The notes beneath the pieces were generated by a model, which saw only the letters and a list, made by a program, of their open reading frames with translations, did no database searches and was not told the DNA's origin. The position numbers were made by a program, and so were the translations under genes. A DNA stretch of 64,000 nt from Rhizaria sp. SCN 62-66 (lineage: Eukaryota): assembly GCA_001724265.1 (NCBI GenBank), contig MEDY01000044.1, forward strand, positions 1-64,000, given 5' to 3'. Positions 10,510-22,375 of the stretch are shown here, piece by piece. Position 1 is the first letter of the stretch. Every line of letters begins with the position of its first letter.

Positions 10510-13500
10510 CAGCAGTAGCAACAGCGCCCCTCGCGACCGCGACCAGCACCGCGGCGACCGCCCTAGTGGTCACAGCCACAACCACGGCCACGGCCCTCAC
10601 GGCCACGGCCACGGGCACGGCGACCGCCACGGGCACCAGAACGTGAAGCCCGAGAAGCCCCCCACGCTGGACATCGACCACCACGGGCCCTGCGGCCGCA
10701 TAATTGCCGGAGCCACCAAGAGTGACCAACAGCTGCAGCAGCAGCAGGCGCGTCCGCCGACCGAGTGCTCCCTATGCTGCCACCCCATCTACGTCTTCGC
10801 GCTGATGGACTGCGAGCACTCGGCGCAGCTCTGCGCGCCCTGCTTGCTCCGCATGAAGCTCTTCGCGAAGCCCCCCTCCCTGGACAGCAGCTCCGCGGCG
10901 AGCGCCGGTGGCCGCCAGACCGGTGCCGCGGGCTCCCGCGGCGGCAGTGCGGGCGGCAGTCGCGGCGGCCGCGGCGGCGCCGTGTCGGCCGCGTCTCAGC
11001 GCTCGAGCTCGAGCTCTAGCTCTAGCTCTAGCTCTGGCTCCGGCGTCACTGCGAGCCACGCTGCGGCGCCCCGTGCTGCCGGCGGCTTCTTCGACGACGG
11101 CACAGACAGCGCCGCCGCCGCCGCTGCTGCTGCTGCTCACAACAACAACAACAGCAGCACCAGCACCAACACTGCGAGCTCGACTGCGGTGACGGCGCGC
11201 GCCAGCTCCGCCACGTCGGCGGCGCCCGAGACGATCGACGGGTGCCTAGACACGGACGCGCTGGCCCGGCTGCGCGCGACGCACGTCTCGTGCCCCTTCT
11301 GCATTGGCACACGCGAGACTGTCGTGTTCGCGCGGTCCGCCGCGCAGCCCTTCGCGGCCCTGCTGCGGCCCGGGGCTGCGGCGCTGGTGGCGGTGCCCGC
11401 GCTGGGCCCCGGCGTGTTGTGCGACTCGCTGGACACGGCGCAGCACGTGCTCAAGCTGTGCTCCGTCTACTGCCCCGCCTGCGACGCCACCGCGCCGCTA
11501 CTGCCGTCGCCCGCGCACGTCACCACCGGCAAGAAGGACAGCAGCGACAAAAGCGGCGACAAGAGCAAGCACCTGCGCACGTACGACACACTGCGCGAGC
11601 TGGTGGCGCACCTGGCTCACGCGCACGGCGGCCGCAGCGTGTGCACGGCGTGCGTGGCGGGCCGGCGCGCGCTGTTCGTGCACGAGCGCGCGGTGCTCAC
11701 CCCCGGGCAGTTACTCTGGCACTACCAGCACGGCGAGGAGGCGCGCGGCGATGAGGGCGCCGTCCCGCCGCACCCCTTCTGCCGCTTCTGCGCGCAGCCC
11801 TTCTTTTCCGCGGACGAGCTCTACGCGCACATGCTGGGCGCGCACGAGGCGTGCCGCGTGTGCCATTCGGCCAAGCGCCGCTGCTTCTTCCGCGACGCGC
11901 CCGCGCTGGTCGCGCACTTCCGCGCGGACCACTTCCTGTGCGCAGAGGGCGTGTGCGGCGTCAGCGCGGCCGACTCGGACCCCGCGTCGATGACCGTCTT
12001 CGGCGACGCGCTGGACCTGCACGCCCACGCCGTGCAGCTGCACGGGCGCGTCAACAAGGACGTGTCGGCCGCGCTGACCCACGGCGCCGGCGCGGGGGCG
12101 CTCGCGCACGGCATTGATGTCGCGGCGGGCGCGGGCGGCGCGCGGCGCGCGCGGCCCACTGCGGGCCCCGGCGGCCCGACCGCCGTGGTCGTCTCGCTCG
12201 AGGGCGCCGGCAACAACGTGCTGCGCGTGGCCGGCGCCGCGCGCGCCTCGCTGCTCGACTCGGTCGACCTGACCGAGTTCTTCGCCGAGGCAGACGCCAG
12301 CGCGGGCGCCGGAGCAGGGCTCACCGTCGCCGACCAGCGCCGCGTGCGCGACCGGCTCCGCGCGAACCTGTCCCTGCAGAGCACGGACAGCGCCATGGGG
12401 CTGGCGGGCGTCTCGCAGTCCGACGTCGCCGCCGCCACCGCGCTCATGCGCTCGGCCTCCAGCGGCTCCGGCGCCAGCGGCTCTGGCAGCAACACCGGCG
12501 CAAACGGCAGCAATTCGCTGGGGCTGGGGCTCGAGATGACTGCGCACCACTTCCCGACGCTCAGCGGCGACGGCGGCGGCTTCTCGCCCTCTGCGGCCGG
12601 CGCCGACTACAGCTCGCTGGCGGCGCGGCGCAAGGCGGCGCAGGGGCCGCGGTCGCGCGACCAGGAGTTCCCCGAGATCGCTCCCACGGCTGCGGGCGCC
12701 GCGCCGGTGTCCTCTTCGTCCTCGTCCTCACTGAGCGGGAGCGGCGCGGGCGGCGCAGGCAAGAAGAGTGGCAAGCAGCAACAGCAGCAGCATACGACTG
12801 CGAAGGCTGTCGCGCCGACCGCGATGACGCAGGGCACTGGCAGCGCGGCGGCGGCCATCGCGTCGCTGATCGCGCCCCGCACCGTGGTCGCCGAGGCGCC
12901 TGCCGCGAAGAGTAAGAACACTGCAGCTGCCAAGATCGCTGGCGTGCCGACTGCTTCTTCATCAAGCTCTAGTTCTAGCTCTAGCTCTAGCTCTACTGCG
13001 AGTGCGCCTGCGCCTGCGCGTGCGCCGCCGAGTGCCGCCTCTTTCCCTACGCTTGACGGCTCCCCTGCCGCCGCCCCGGCCCCGGCCTCCAAGCAGTCGC
13101 AGTCTAAGGTCTTTGTCGCCGCTGCAATCTCCCAGGCCCAGTCCGCCCCCGCAAGCTCTATCTCTAGTGCGACTGCGAGTGCCAGTTCAAGCAAGAACCA
13201 GTTCCCTAGCCTTGATCCTGAGTCCTTGTCGCAGTCTCCGTCTAAGGCTCAGTTCCCGTCTCTGTCTCTCGACTGCGACCCCGAGGACCGCCGGCCCAGC
13301 CAGAAGAGCGGCGGCGGCAAGCCCGCCAAGGACGCGTTCCCGGACCTGGCGCCATCCCCGGTGCCCGGCGGCGCGTCGCCGCCCGGCGTGCCCGCGCTGG
13401 GCCCGCGCCCGCCCGCTAAGAAGGGCGTGGCGCCCGCGCCGCTGTCGGGCATGGCGCTGGTGCAGCAGGCCCGTGGCAAGGCGGCGCGGCCGGCCACGGC

Positions 13501-14695
13501 CTCGGCCGGCCCGGCCGTCGTGAGCGCCTGGGGCAACGCCAGCCAGACAGCCGCCGTGGCCGCCGCCGCGGCCGCCGTCGCCGCCAAGGAGCGCGCGGCC
13601 GCCGAGGAGGCTGAGCGCTCGGCCGCCGCCGCGGCTGCTGCGGCCGCCGCTAAACAGAAGCAGCAGCTGCAGGCCGCGGCTAAGAGCGTCGGCGGCGTCG
13701 TCCGCCCCGTCTCAGCTTACGCGCCCGCCAGCGCCGGCAGTGGCAAGCACGGCTCCGCGGCGGCGCTGGTGGCGGCGCTTAACGGCGTGGCCGCGCCGCC
13801 CCGCGCGACGGCCGTGGCAGCGCTGGCGCGGCCGCAGGCGATGGCCGGGCGCGGCAGCGATGACGTGTTCGTCAAGGGCGACGGGCTGACGAAGCAGGAG
13901 CGCCGCGCCGCCGCCGAGTTGGCCGCCGCGCGTGAGGCCGAGGAGGCGGCCGCGGCGGAGCTGGCCGCGACGCAGTGGCAGACCGTCGCTCGCAAGCCCT
14001 CGGCGCGGGGCGACTACGAGGCCGAGCCCGGCTCCGGGGTTGGGCCCGCCGTTAAGGGCGACAAGAAGAAGGCCCGCGAGGCGATTCCCATTAGCCTGAG
14101 CGGCCCCGCGGCGAGTGGCAACGGCGTGAACGCGAGCACGGCGGCGGCGTCCGCGCCGCCCGGGTTCGCGCATACGCCAGGCGACGCGGACCTGGTCACC
14201 GTTCCCACGGTCGCGCCGCCGCGCGCGGCGGAGGGCTCGCTGGCGACGTGCAGCGCGGGCGTGCTCAAGCGCGCGACGGCGCTGGCCGTGCTGTCGCTGA
14301 CGCTGGACGAGGTCAAGGCCCCGCTGGCGGCCTACTGCGCCAAGATGCACGCGTCGTCGCAGCCGGTGCTGCCCGCGGCCGAGAGCGAGGGTTACTTGCG
14401 CGCGTTGCCCGCCGCCGTGCTGCGGCAGGCGCAGGCCGAGGTGTCGCCCGCGCTCATCGAGATGAAGGTCAACATCTTCAAGACGGCGTCGGCCGCCTTC
14501 GTCGCGGGCAAGATCACTGCGCGCGAGTTCGTCCGCGACAAGCTCGCGCGCATAGTCGCCAAGGGCGTCGCCGCGCCCGCCGTCGCGGCCTTCGCTGTCA
14601 ACATGACCGCCGCAATGCCCGAGAGCGTGGACCGCGAGGCCGTGCTCGAGGCCGCACACGAGCTTGTCGACGCGTGGAAGAGCGCGCGTGCGTAA
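9842..14695 (+). CDS. ZNF598: ZNF598/Hel2-like RING + C2H2 E3 ubiquitin ligase (ribosome-collision sensor family), 1617 aa
   Basis: RING CSLCCHPIYVFALMDCEHSAQLCAPCLLRM...CPFC; C2H2 array including HPFCRFCAQPFFSADELYAHMLGAHEACRVC and LVAHFRADHFLC; repeated FPxL motifs; PPGF motif; C-terminal FKTASAAFVAGKITAREFV segment; TAA stop. Confidence 0.85.
10474..10522 (+). repeat. Coding (AGC)n/(AAC)n microsatellite, poly-Ser/Asn
   Basis: Direct trinucleotide run. Hexamer TCTAGC poly-Ser runs also occur near 11002-11037 and 12962-12994. Confidence 0.8.
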
Positions 14696-15416
14696 AGTAC
14701 GCGCCGTCCGAACATTGATATGATTTGCAACTTCAGTTGGTTCTAAAGTTGTCAGTAACCATCAGGAAAAATGATGCCTACCGCGCAGTGTGCTGTGCTA
14801 TACAAAGATACACTTATATTCTGCATTGTTTGAGCGATAGTCATACCGATTAGTGTTGGTTGGTTTGAGAGTTGTATTTGAATAAATCTCAAAGCTTGTC
14901 GGCTATTCGCATTCAATGGAATCTTGTCACACTTCACGGGCCAAAATGTACTGCTTAAGCTGTGGTTGATAATGCCGTTCAGTTAAAACAATATTTTGTT
15001 ATACAGGAAATCAGTACTGAATTTCATTTAACACTTTGAATGCAGACCGATTGACGGTCAGAATATTGAGATTCATTGCAAACAACTTGTTATCACCCCG
15101 CCCTCCTGGCCGACGTGACCCAACAACGTTGACATTTCATGGCTATTTGTCATCGTTACAAGCTTGTATATGACGTAAGAACGTAAGACACGATATGTAG
15201 CGTTAAATTAACACGTTACTATATGGATTCACCGTTGATTCTATCAAATTTGCCTCTCCTGACTTAGTGTAGACTCTTCCGCACGTTGCGCTTCATCCGG
15301 ACACTATCATAGGATTTCGGAAGGATTTCGGATCAAAGTCGTCAACAAAAGTGAGAGTAGGCACTTGGTGAAGATAATCACACACTGACTGTTGCCTACA
15401 GTGGGAGTGTAGCGCA

Positions 15417-18400
15417 ATGAATTCCGCTCTGTCGCCGTTTCGGACTCTTTTGAGGAAGAATGCGACACAGAAGTGGCGCTCTTGCCGCGCTAGCTTCATC
15501 GAATATTTCTTACCTTTGTTATTGTTGTTTTTAATTGGAGTCTTGAAATCTAAAATTTACGATTCGTTTCGCTTCGATGCTGCAGATTCCAAGACGATGA
15601 TTGGTCATTTGGACGCGAACTACGCCATGTTCCAAACCATGTTCCAGACCTCACCATTGTCCAAGTTTGACTACGCGTTCTGCTTTGTCGGCTCTGATGA
15701 TGGTTGGGAGGCGTTCCAGTCATTTACGACCTCACCCACAAACCCTATGTACGCGACACCAGTCCGACTTGCCGATATTAAGCGCTTTAGCTCACGAGAT
15801 GAGATGACTTCACTCAAAGCGACTCGGAGCGATTTGGAGCCGTTCTTGGTTGGCGTAGTTGAGACGATTACAACAACGCCCATCAAGAAGAAATCGACGA
15901 TATCTACTCATGACACCGCCGCCAATAACCTTACCAGGGCCAGTGGAGCTGACAGTGACGTGTTGATGACGTATAACTACGACTTGTATCAGTACATGTC
16001 GTAGTCGTACCGCTATCACCGCGATGACATGTTCGATATGTCAATGCGGTCGTGGGGCACCTAGTCTTATATCTTCATGGGTCCCTTTGCGATCATGGAG
16101 GGCATCCAGGCGCATTTACTGCGCAAGCATGGCGCAGTGAAGTTAGAACATATCAATGCGACTTTGTCCAATCACAGCGCTGTCAGTAACACCAGTGTCA
16201 ATATGACTGATGCGAGCAATGAGCTCAGTATCCTCTCCGTTTCCAAGACATTTTCCTATCACCTTGCCTCTGGTGCGTTGCCCGCCGGAACTGGTGCCAA
16301 GTTTCTCCGTAACGCCGACACTGCAGTCGCTATTTCTATATCAATTGCGCTGTTTATCCCGTTTATTCTTTTGACCTCAGTTGTTGCTGCTGAGAAAGAG
16401 ACGAACATGGTTGAAATGCTTCGAATTGCAGGTATTACGCTGCCTCAAATTGCGTTCTCTTGGGCGTGTTACTATGCAATCGCAATCGCACTCCTTGCGT
16501 TGCCCGCATCATGTATTCTTAGCATCATGTTGATTGAAAACACATCGATGGTGCTGATTTTTATCACACTTTTATTATGCCTCTTCAACATGATCGCAAT
16601 CTTTATTTTAATTTCGTCGTTCTTCTCTTCAACGCGCACCGCACAGCGTGTGTCTGCGCTCATCCTCGCCCTCTCTATCACACTTATTTCTGCTGTCCAA
16701 TCTATGAGGACGCGAATCAGCGACACTGATGTCACAGACTCCGCCCCAGGGCTGCTCATGCTGTCTTTTGCACCGACTGGGATGACGCTTGCAATTTCAT
16801 GGCTGATTTACATGAACCGTGTCACAGTGTCCTCGGTCACTCTGTTGGACACAAACAGCTCTGTGGACGGGTACTCTCTGACTGCAAGCTATCTTGCGTT
16901 GATGCTGGGCACTCTCATTTTCTCTTTAACCGGACTCTATACGTATGCAGTTGCTGCTGCAATGAATGATGGGCACGGTTTATTTTCCGCAATGTCGCAT
17001 CCATTCAAATCCTTTTTTTCCCGCTTTAGCTGCGAAGATAAGAACAACCTTACTAACAGACACTCTTCAACTAGTTTACAGAATGAGGTCAACAACAGTG
17101 TAGAAGACAAAGATGCTGATGATAATGACGATGATGAACGCAAGCTTTACGCACAACCAGCACAATACCACTCATGTGCTCTCATCGAGCATGGTATGCG
17201 TGGCAACATCAAAAGCAATTGTGACACTAACAGCCAGACCTCAGACACTTGTCATGGACACACTGATGAGGACAATGAAATCTTGCGAATTCGCAACTTA
17301 CGCAAGGTGTACATGCCTTCAAACGTCATAGCTGTGAAGAATTTCAACTTAGATATTCACCGCGGTGAACTCTTTGCCTTGCTTGGTCATAATGGGGCAG
17401 GTAAGAGTACAATCTTGAATTCATTGACTGGGTTTTGTCAGCCAACCTCTGGGAGCGCAAGGATTGATGGCATTGACGTTCGTGAATGTCGTAGTATAAT
17501 CTCAAGCACATCAAACAATACGACGAAGAACGTTCACACGAATCGCCATCGTGACACAGTTGCATGGACTTGTATTAACGGCCCTGCCTTAGGTATGTGC
17601 CCTCAAAACGACATTTTATATCCTGAAATGACTCCGCGCGATCACTTTACTCTCTTCGCAAGGCTGCGCGGTGTGCCTGCTGAGCGGCTGAACACAGAAG
17701 TCGATCGGTGGCTTGCTGCTTTAAATCTCTTAGACTTAGCAGATACACACGCCGCCGCCGCTGCTGCTGCTGCTGCTGCTGCCGCCGCCACAGCAGCTGC
17801 TGCCACATCAGCAACTGTACAAGTCGAGCAGACAAAACCTCCCGCACAAAGTTTGATGCTGAGCTACACGCAGGGTAACAAAGGAGCCCGAGGGCGTGTT
17901 GTCGCTGATGCACCGACAAGTTCGCTCTCTGGTGGGCAGCGGCGGTGCGTGTCGCTGGGCATTGCGCTGATCGGCGACCCGAAGCTGGTGATCCTGGACG
18001 AGCCGACGGCGGGGCTGGACGTCGCGGCGCAGGCCTCAGTGCGCGCGCTGCTGCAGGAGCAGCGCAGGCACCGCGCGATCCTGCTCACGACGCACTCGAT
18101 GGAGGAGGCCGAAATCTGCGATCGCATTGGCATCCTTGCCAACGGCTCGCTGCAGACCGTGGGCTCGAGTCTGTTCCTCAAGCGCACGTTCGGCGCCGGG
18201 TACACGCTCACAGTTGTAAAGGCACCCGAAGTGACACTGACTGAGACGGCTGCACGCGGCAAGAAAGCCGTTGCCGCAGCAGCCGCGGCGCTTGCCGCGC
18301 TGGAGCCAACAGCTGCCGAACTATCTGTTGAGAATTTGACGCGAGTGCGATTAACACCATCAGGACGTCGCATTGCGCGCGCGCTTTCGTCTGTTATGCC

Positions 18401-21400
18401 CAGCATTGTCCCACTTTCGGATATTGGTGGGGAGATGACGTTCGCGGTGCCGACCAAAGCTGCGTCGCATTTGTCAACGTTTCTCGAGTCTTTGGAGTGC
18501 ACCAAGGAAGTACTAGGCGTGGAATCGTTTGCTGTGTCAACAACGCCGCTTTCGGATGTATTCTTTACAGTAGCTAACGCTTCTGTGGTTGATGAAGACG
18601 CTCCAAATGCTGTGGTCTCGATTCCGACGGTGCAAATTAAGACGAATGATTTTGTCGCTGATAAGAGCAATAGGACGAGCAAGATCAATCGCGACAACAC
18701 ATGTGTCCCGAGCGAGACAGTAAACGTCAGTGACATGGACCCCTCTCTGAATGCGTCAAGTTTGACCGCCAAAGATATTCGCACTGCATCCTTTACTGAG
18801 TCCAGCAACGAACGCATTAAAGCCAGGCTTCGCGCGGCTGGGAGCGGTAAAGTCGATGCCGGTGCAGATATTAATGGGTTTTACCAAAGCGACAAAGATC
18901 TGTGGCAAGATGACTTTGCTGGACGCCGTCTCTACGGCAAGTCGTTGTCATGCTCGATTTTCCGCGCACTGTATTGCAAGCGTGCGCTGGTCGCAAGGCG
19001 CGATTTTGGTTCAACTTTCTCACAGACCATTGTTCCCATTATTGTGCTCATTGCGGTTTTTGTTGCGATTATGCTCGCTGCTGTGCCTATCTCAAGTTCA
19101 CGTTCTCGTGTTGAATTTTCACTTCAGAAGTCTTATGGTAGTAAAGAGGTTCTACCAGAACTCCCACGCTTTGTGATGCCTCTATTTACAAACACCACTG
19201 ATGACGGCGATATGCTCCGAAACGATTTTGTGCGGTTCAGTGACTTGAATGTCGACGCTATGATGCCGACTTCTGGTGCTATGGACGCTTCACGGTGCAA
19301 CCTTACTGATGCATACGATGACATGTTTCATGATATGTTTGCGACTGATACCGAGTTTCACATCGCGTTTGGGGTTGGCCAGTTCTGTCAAGCCCGCAAT
19401 ATTTACCCGAACGTGACAACAAGCACTATTCGTCACAGTAACTGTAGCATTGGGACCCCTTTTGTTGCAACAGATGGTGACTTTGCAACGAGCGTTATTC
19501 ATTCCATGTTGCTCATCAACACGTCCGTCGCGTTATCACTCCCTATTGCAACAACAGGTATTACCAATGCTTTGCTTGCTGGTGCACACAGCCGCCAATC
19601 AGCAGCATTGCCTGAAGGCTCTGCGAAGCCTCCGTTGGCCCAACTTACAGCCAGCCACAATATTCTGGGCATTACCGCGCGTTGGATTTCGATTGATGTC
19701 TTTAAGGAGTATGTGTATGTCGCCAACATTGTAACTGGTATTATGATGATCCTCGCTTCGACGTTTGGCCACGTTATTGTCATCGAGCGAGTTAACTTTT
19801 CCAAACAATTACAGTTGGTATCAGGTGCCTCAGCTTGGTCATACTGGCTTGCACACGCAATGTGGGACATTACAGTATCACTGTTTGTTGCTGTTCCATG
19901 CATAGTTATTCTCTGTTTATTGTCTATGCCTAGTTACACGATTGCTCTGTATATGGTTGCATCGTTTATGCTCATGATCATGTCCTCGATTGCGTTGGCC
20001 TACTGTGTCGCACTCTTTGCGCAAACTCCCAGCAAATGTCAAATCTATCTCTATGGTATCCACGGACTCTCAATTTTTACGTCGATAGGCTTTTTTATGG
20101 CCTTACTATCTATCGCCGAAGATACTGACACTTTCTCGAAGGTGATGTTGTATGTCAACTCCGTGTTTTATGTTATTAACATTTGCATCTTTCCAATGGC
20201 ATCTTTTGCAATCTTTAACTCAGTGTTTGTGTCCTCTGCACCTGCATCAGATTCTGTAATTCAGGTTCTGTTGCTTGGCGGTGCCGTCTCCGTACTACTT
20301 TACACGGGATTGCTTATTCTGTTTGAGAAGCGTACACGTCAGGTTCGTAAACTATTGTAACCCTATCATCGTGTTCGATCTTGACACGCTTTAATTGTCT
20401 GAACATGTGTTTGTCTATTTTTATTGTGAACTCACATGCATGATTTTCCTCACACTTTTGTTTCGTGTTGATTCAGGGCGTTGCGGATTGGGTCTCATGC
20501 TCCCGTCCCCCCGTTGAGCTTGTCAACCCAGCGCGCTCTGAGCAGCAGCCGGCGAACGAAGACCCCGACGTGGCGGCCGAGCGCGAGGCCGTGCTCAACG
20601 GCGAGCGTGAGAACGCGATGTACTACCCCGTGGTGTGCTACGGGCTGCGCAAGGTGTTCCCGCCGCGCCGCTCCCCGCCCGCGCCCGCGCACGTGGCCGT
20701 CAGCGACCTGCACTTTGCCGTTGCAAAGGGCGAGTGCTTTGGCCTGCTGGGCTCAAACGGCGCCGGCAAGACGAGTGTGCTGCAGATGCTCACGGGAGGA
20801 ATGCTGCCCACGTCAGGTGCTGCCACTGTCAGCGGTTTTGACATCCAGACTGATTCTGAGGACGTCGCTACTGTCGTCGGTTACTGCCCTCAGTTTGACG
20901 CCTTTGTGCCACAGCTCACAGGCCGCGAGAATTTGGAGTTATTTGCCCGCCTGCGCGGCGTATCTGGCGAGCAGACAAAGCTGTACGTGGCTGAGCTGCT
21001 GCGTCACCTCACGCTCGAAGGCTGCGCGGACCGCCCCGCCCAGACATACTCCGGCGGCAACAAGCGCAAGCTCTCGGTGGGCATCGCGCTTATTGGTAAC
21101 CCGCCGATCGTGATCCTGGACGAGCCCTCGACCGGCGTGGACCCGCAGGCGCGGCGCTCGATGTGGCGCCTCATCTCGTCCACGATGGCGCGCGCTACAG
21201 TGCATCGGGCGCACAGCGTACTTAAAGAATAAATACGGCGGGGGACTTCTCATCTCGATGTCTAGCGCAAGCTCAGACGTGCTTGATAGGGCTGTTTTAA
21301 TGCTGCAAGAGCATTTTCCCAAGGCTGTTGTCAAAGGGAAGCGCGGCGTCACAGTCAAAGTCTTTCTCCCTAGCACCCTCGCTGATACAGTTGCGACGCA

Positions 21401-21773
21401 TGCGACACACGCGGTTCCTTCTGTAGCGCAGCCGCGCCCCGCTCCCCGTGCCACCGACTATCACACTGACATGCCGGCGTCATCTGTGTTTAGTGTGCTC
21501 GAACGAGTCAAGAGTTTGACTGGGATTGAAACATGTACAGTGGCAACATCAACGCTTGAAGACGTGTTTCTGCGTATTGTTGCACCGCAGAACGCAAGCT
21601 CTGGTGACTGTGACAACAATGTTGTCTCTGGAGGCCAAGAGGAGTCCAGTTCATTATCCGCGACAGCGCGGTCAGCGACCTCAGTGGCTGCGAGGTCTGT
21701 ACGAGACGTCAATAGTTCTGCTGGGCGCGTCAGCAAGGCGGATACTCTGGAAGAACCCCTGCTGCCACAGTGA
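15417..21773 (+). CDS. ABCA: Full-size ABC transporter subfamily A (TMD-NBD-TMD-NBD) with a deletion/frameshift in NBD2
   Basis: N-terminal LLRKN...R....E...P ABCA motif; Walker A GHNGAGKS and GSNGAGKT; signatures LSGGQRR and YSGGNKRK; ILDEP in both NBDs; TTHSMEE in NBD1; TPLSDVF and STLEDVF motifs. In-frame TAGs at 16002-16004 and 16062-16064, intron 20343-20476, frame jump near 21190, TGA stop. Confidence 0.9.
17751..17804 (+). repeat. (GCN)n poly-Ala insertion in ABCA NBD1
   Basis: GCC/GCT run upstream of the LSGGQ signature. Confidence 0.8.
20343..20476 (+). other. Spliceosomal intron (134 nt)
   Basis: CAG|GTTCGT ... T-rich ... TTCAG|GGC; phase-0 join of the 16077 and 20465 frames. Confidence 0.85.
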
Positions 21774-22375
21774 GCGGACGTGATTTAGCTCACGTGTTCG
21801 CGCGATCAATCATCATAGTACTACTTTTTTTGTTTTCATTTCTGATTTCCTCAATACGTTATTTAAAATGGCACTTCAAAACGCACAATATACGGCAATA
21901 TTTTCTTCTTTTCTAGTTGACTTGCGACGTTCTGCAGCTAACATATAGAATTTCGACTTGAAAACACACTCACCAGTAATGCGGTGTTGAAATAACGTAA
22001 CCCCCCTTTGACGTGACTGACTGTTGCACTGGGACTGGGGTCGTCAAGACCTAATCGCCAAAGGATACCCTCATCGCCTCTATCGATAACTTTGCTTAGC
22101 AGACACTATTGTGGAATCTAACGTGAATTTAATATTCATATTATTTATATTTTCTTTCATGTCGCTAACCTTCCATGTGTATGCACATTTTGCGATTGCC
22201 GTCCCACACACGACCCACACCGTCCGCCTTCTTTGACATGAAGCAAGCTACCGTGCTTTCCCTGTCCCTCGCGAAGAAGCGTCTTGCGTCTTTCTCCTTT
22301 CGCAGTTCTATTTTCGCAACCCCCAGAGTTAACACACTTCTGTCGTCCCGCTTCTCAAGCTCCCGTCTCGCGTTT

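Noticed and set aside
22175..22375. Mitochondrial-type presequence upstream of the Nudix gene
   Set aside because: The in-frame Arg/Ser/Leu-rich stretch could equally be a pyrimidine-rich 5' UTR; it cannot be decided without transcript data.
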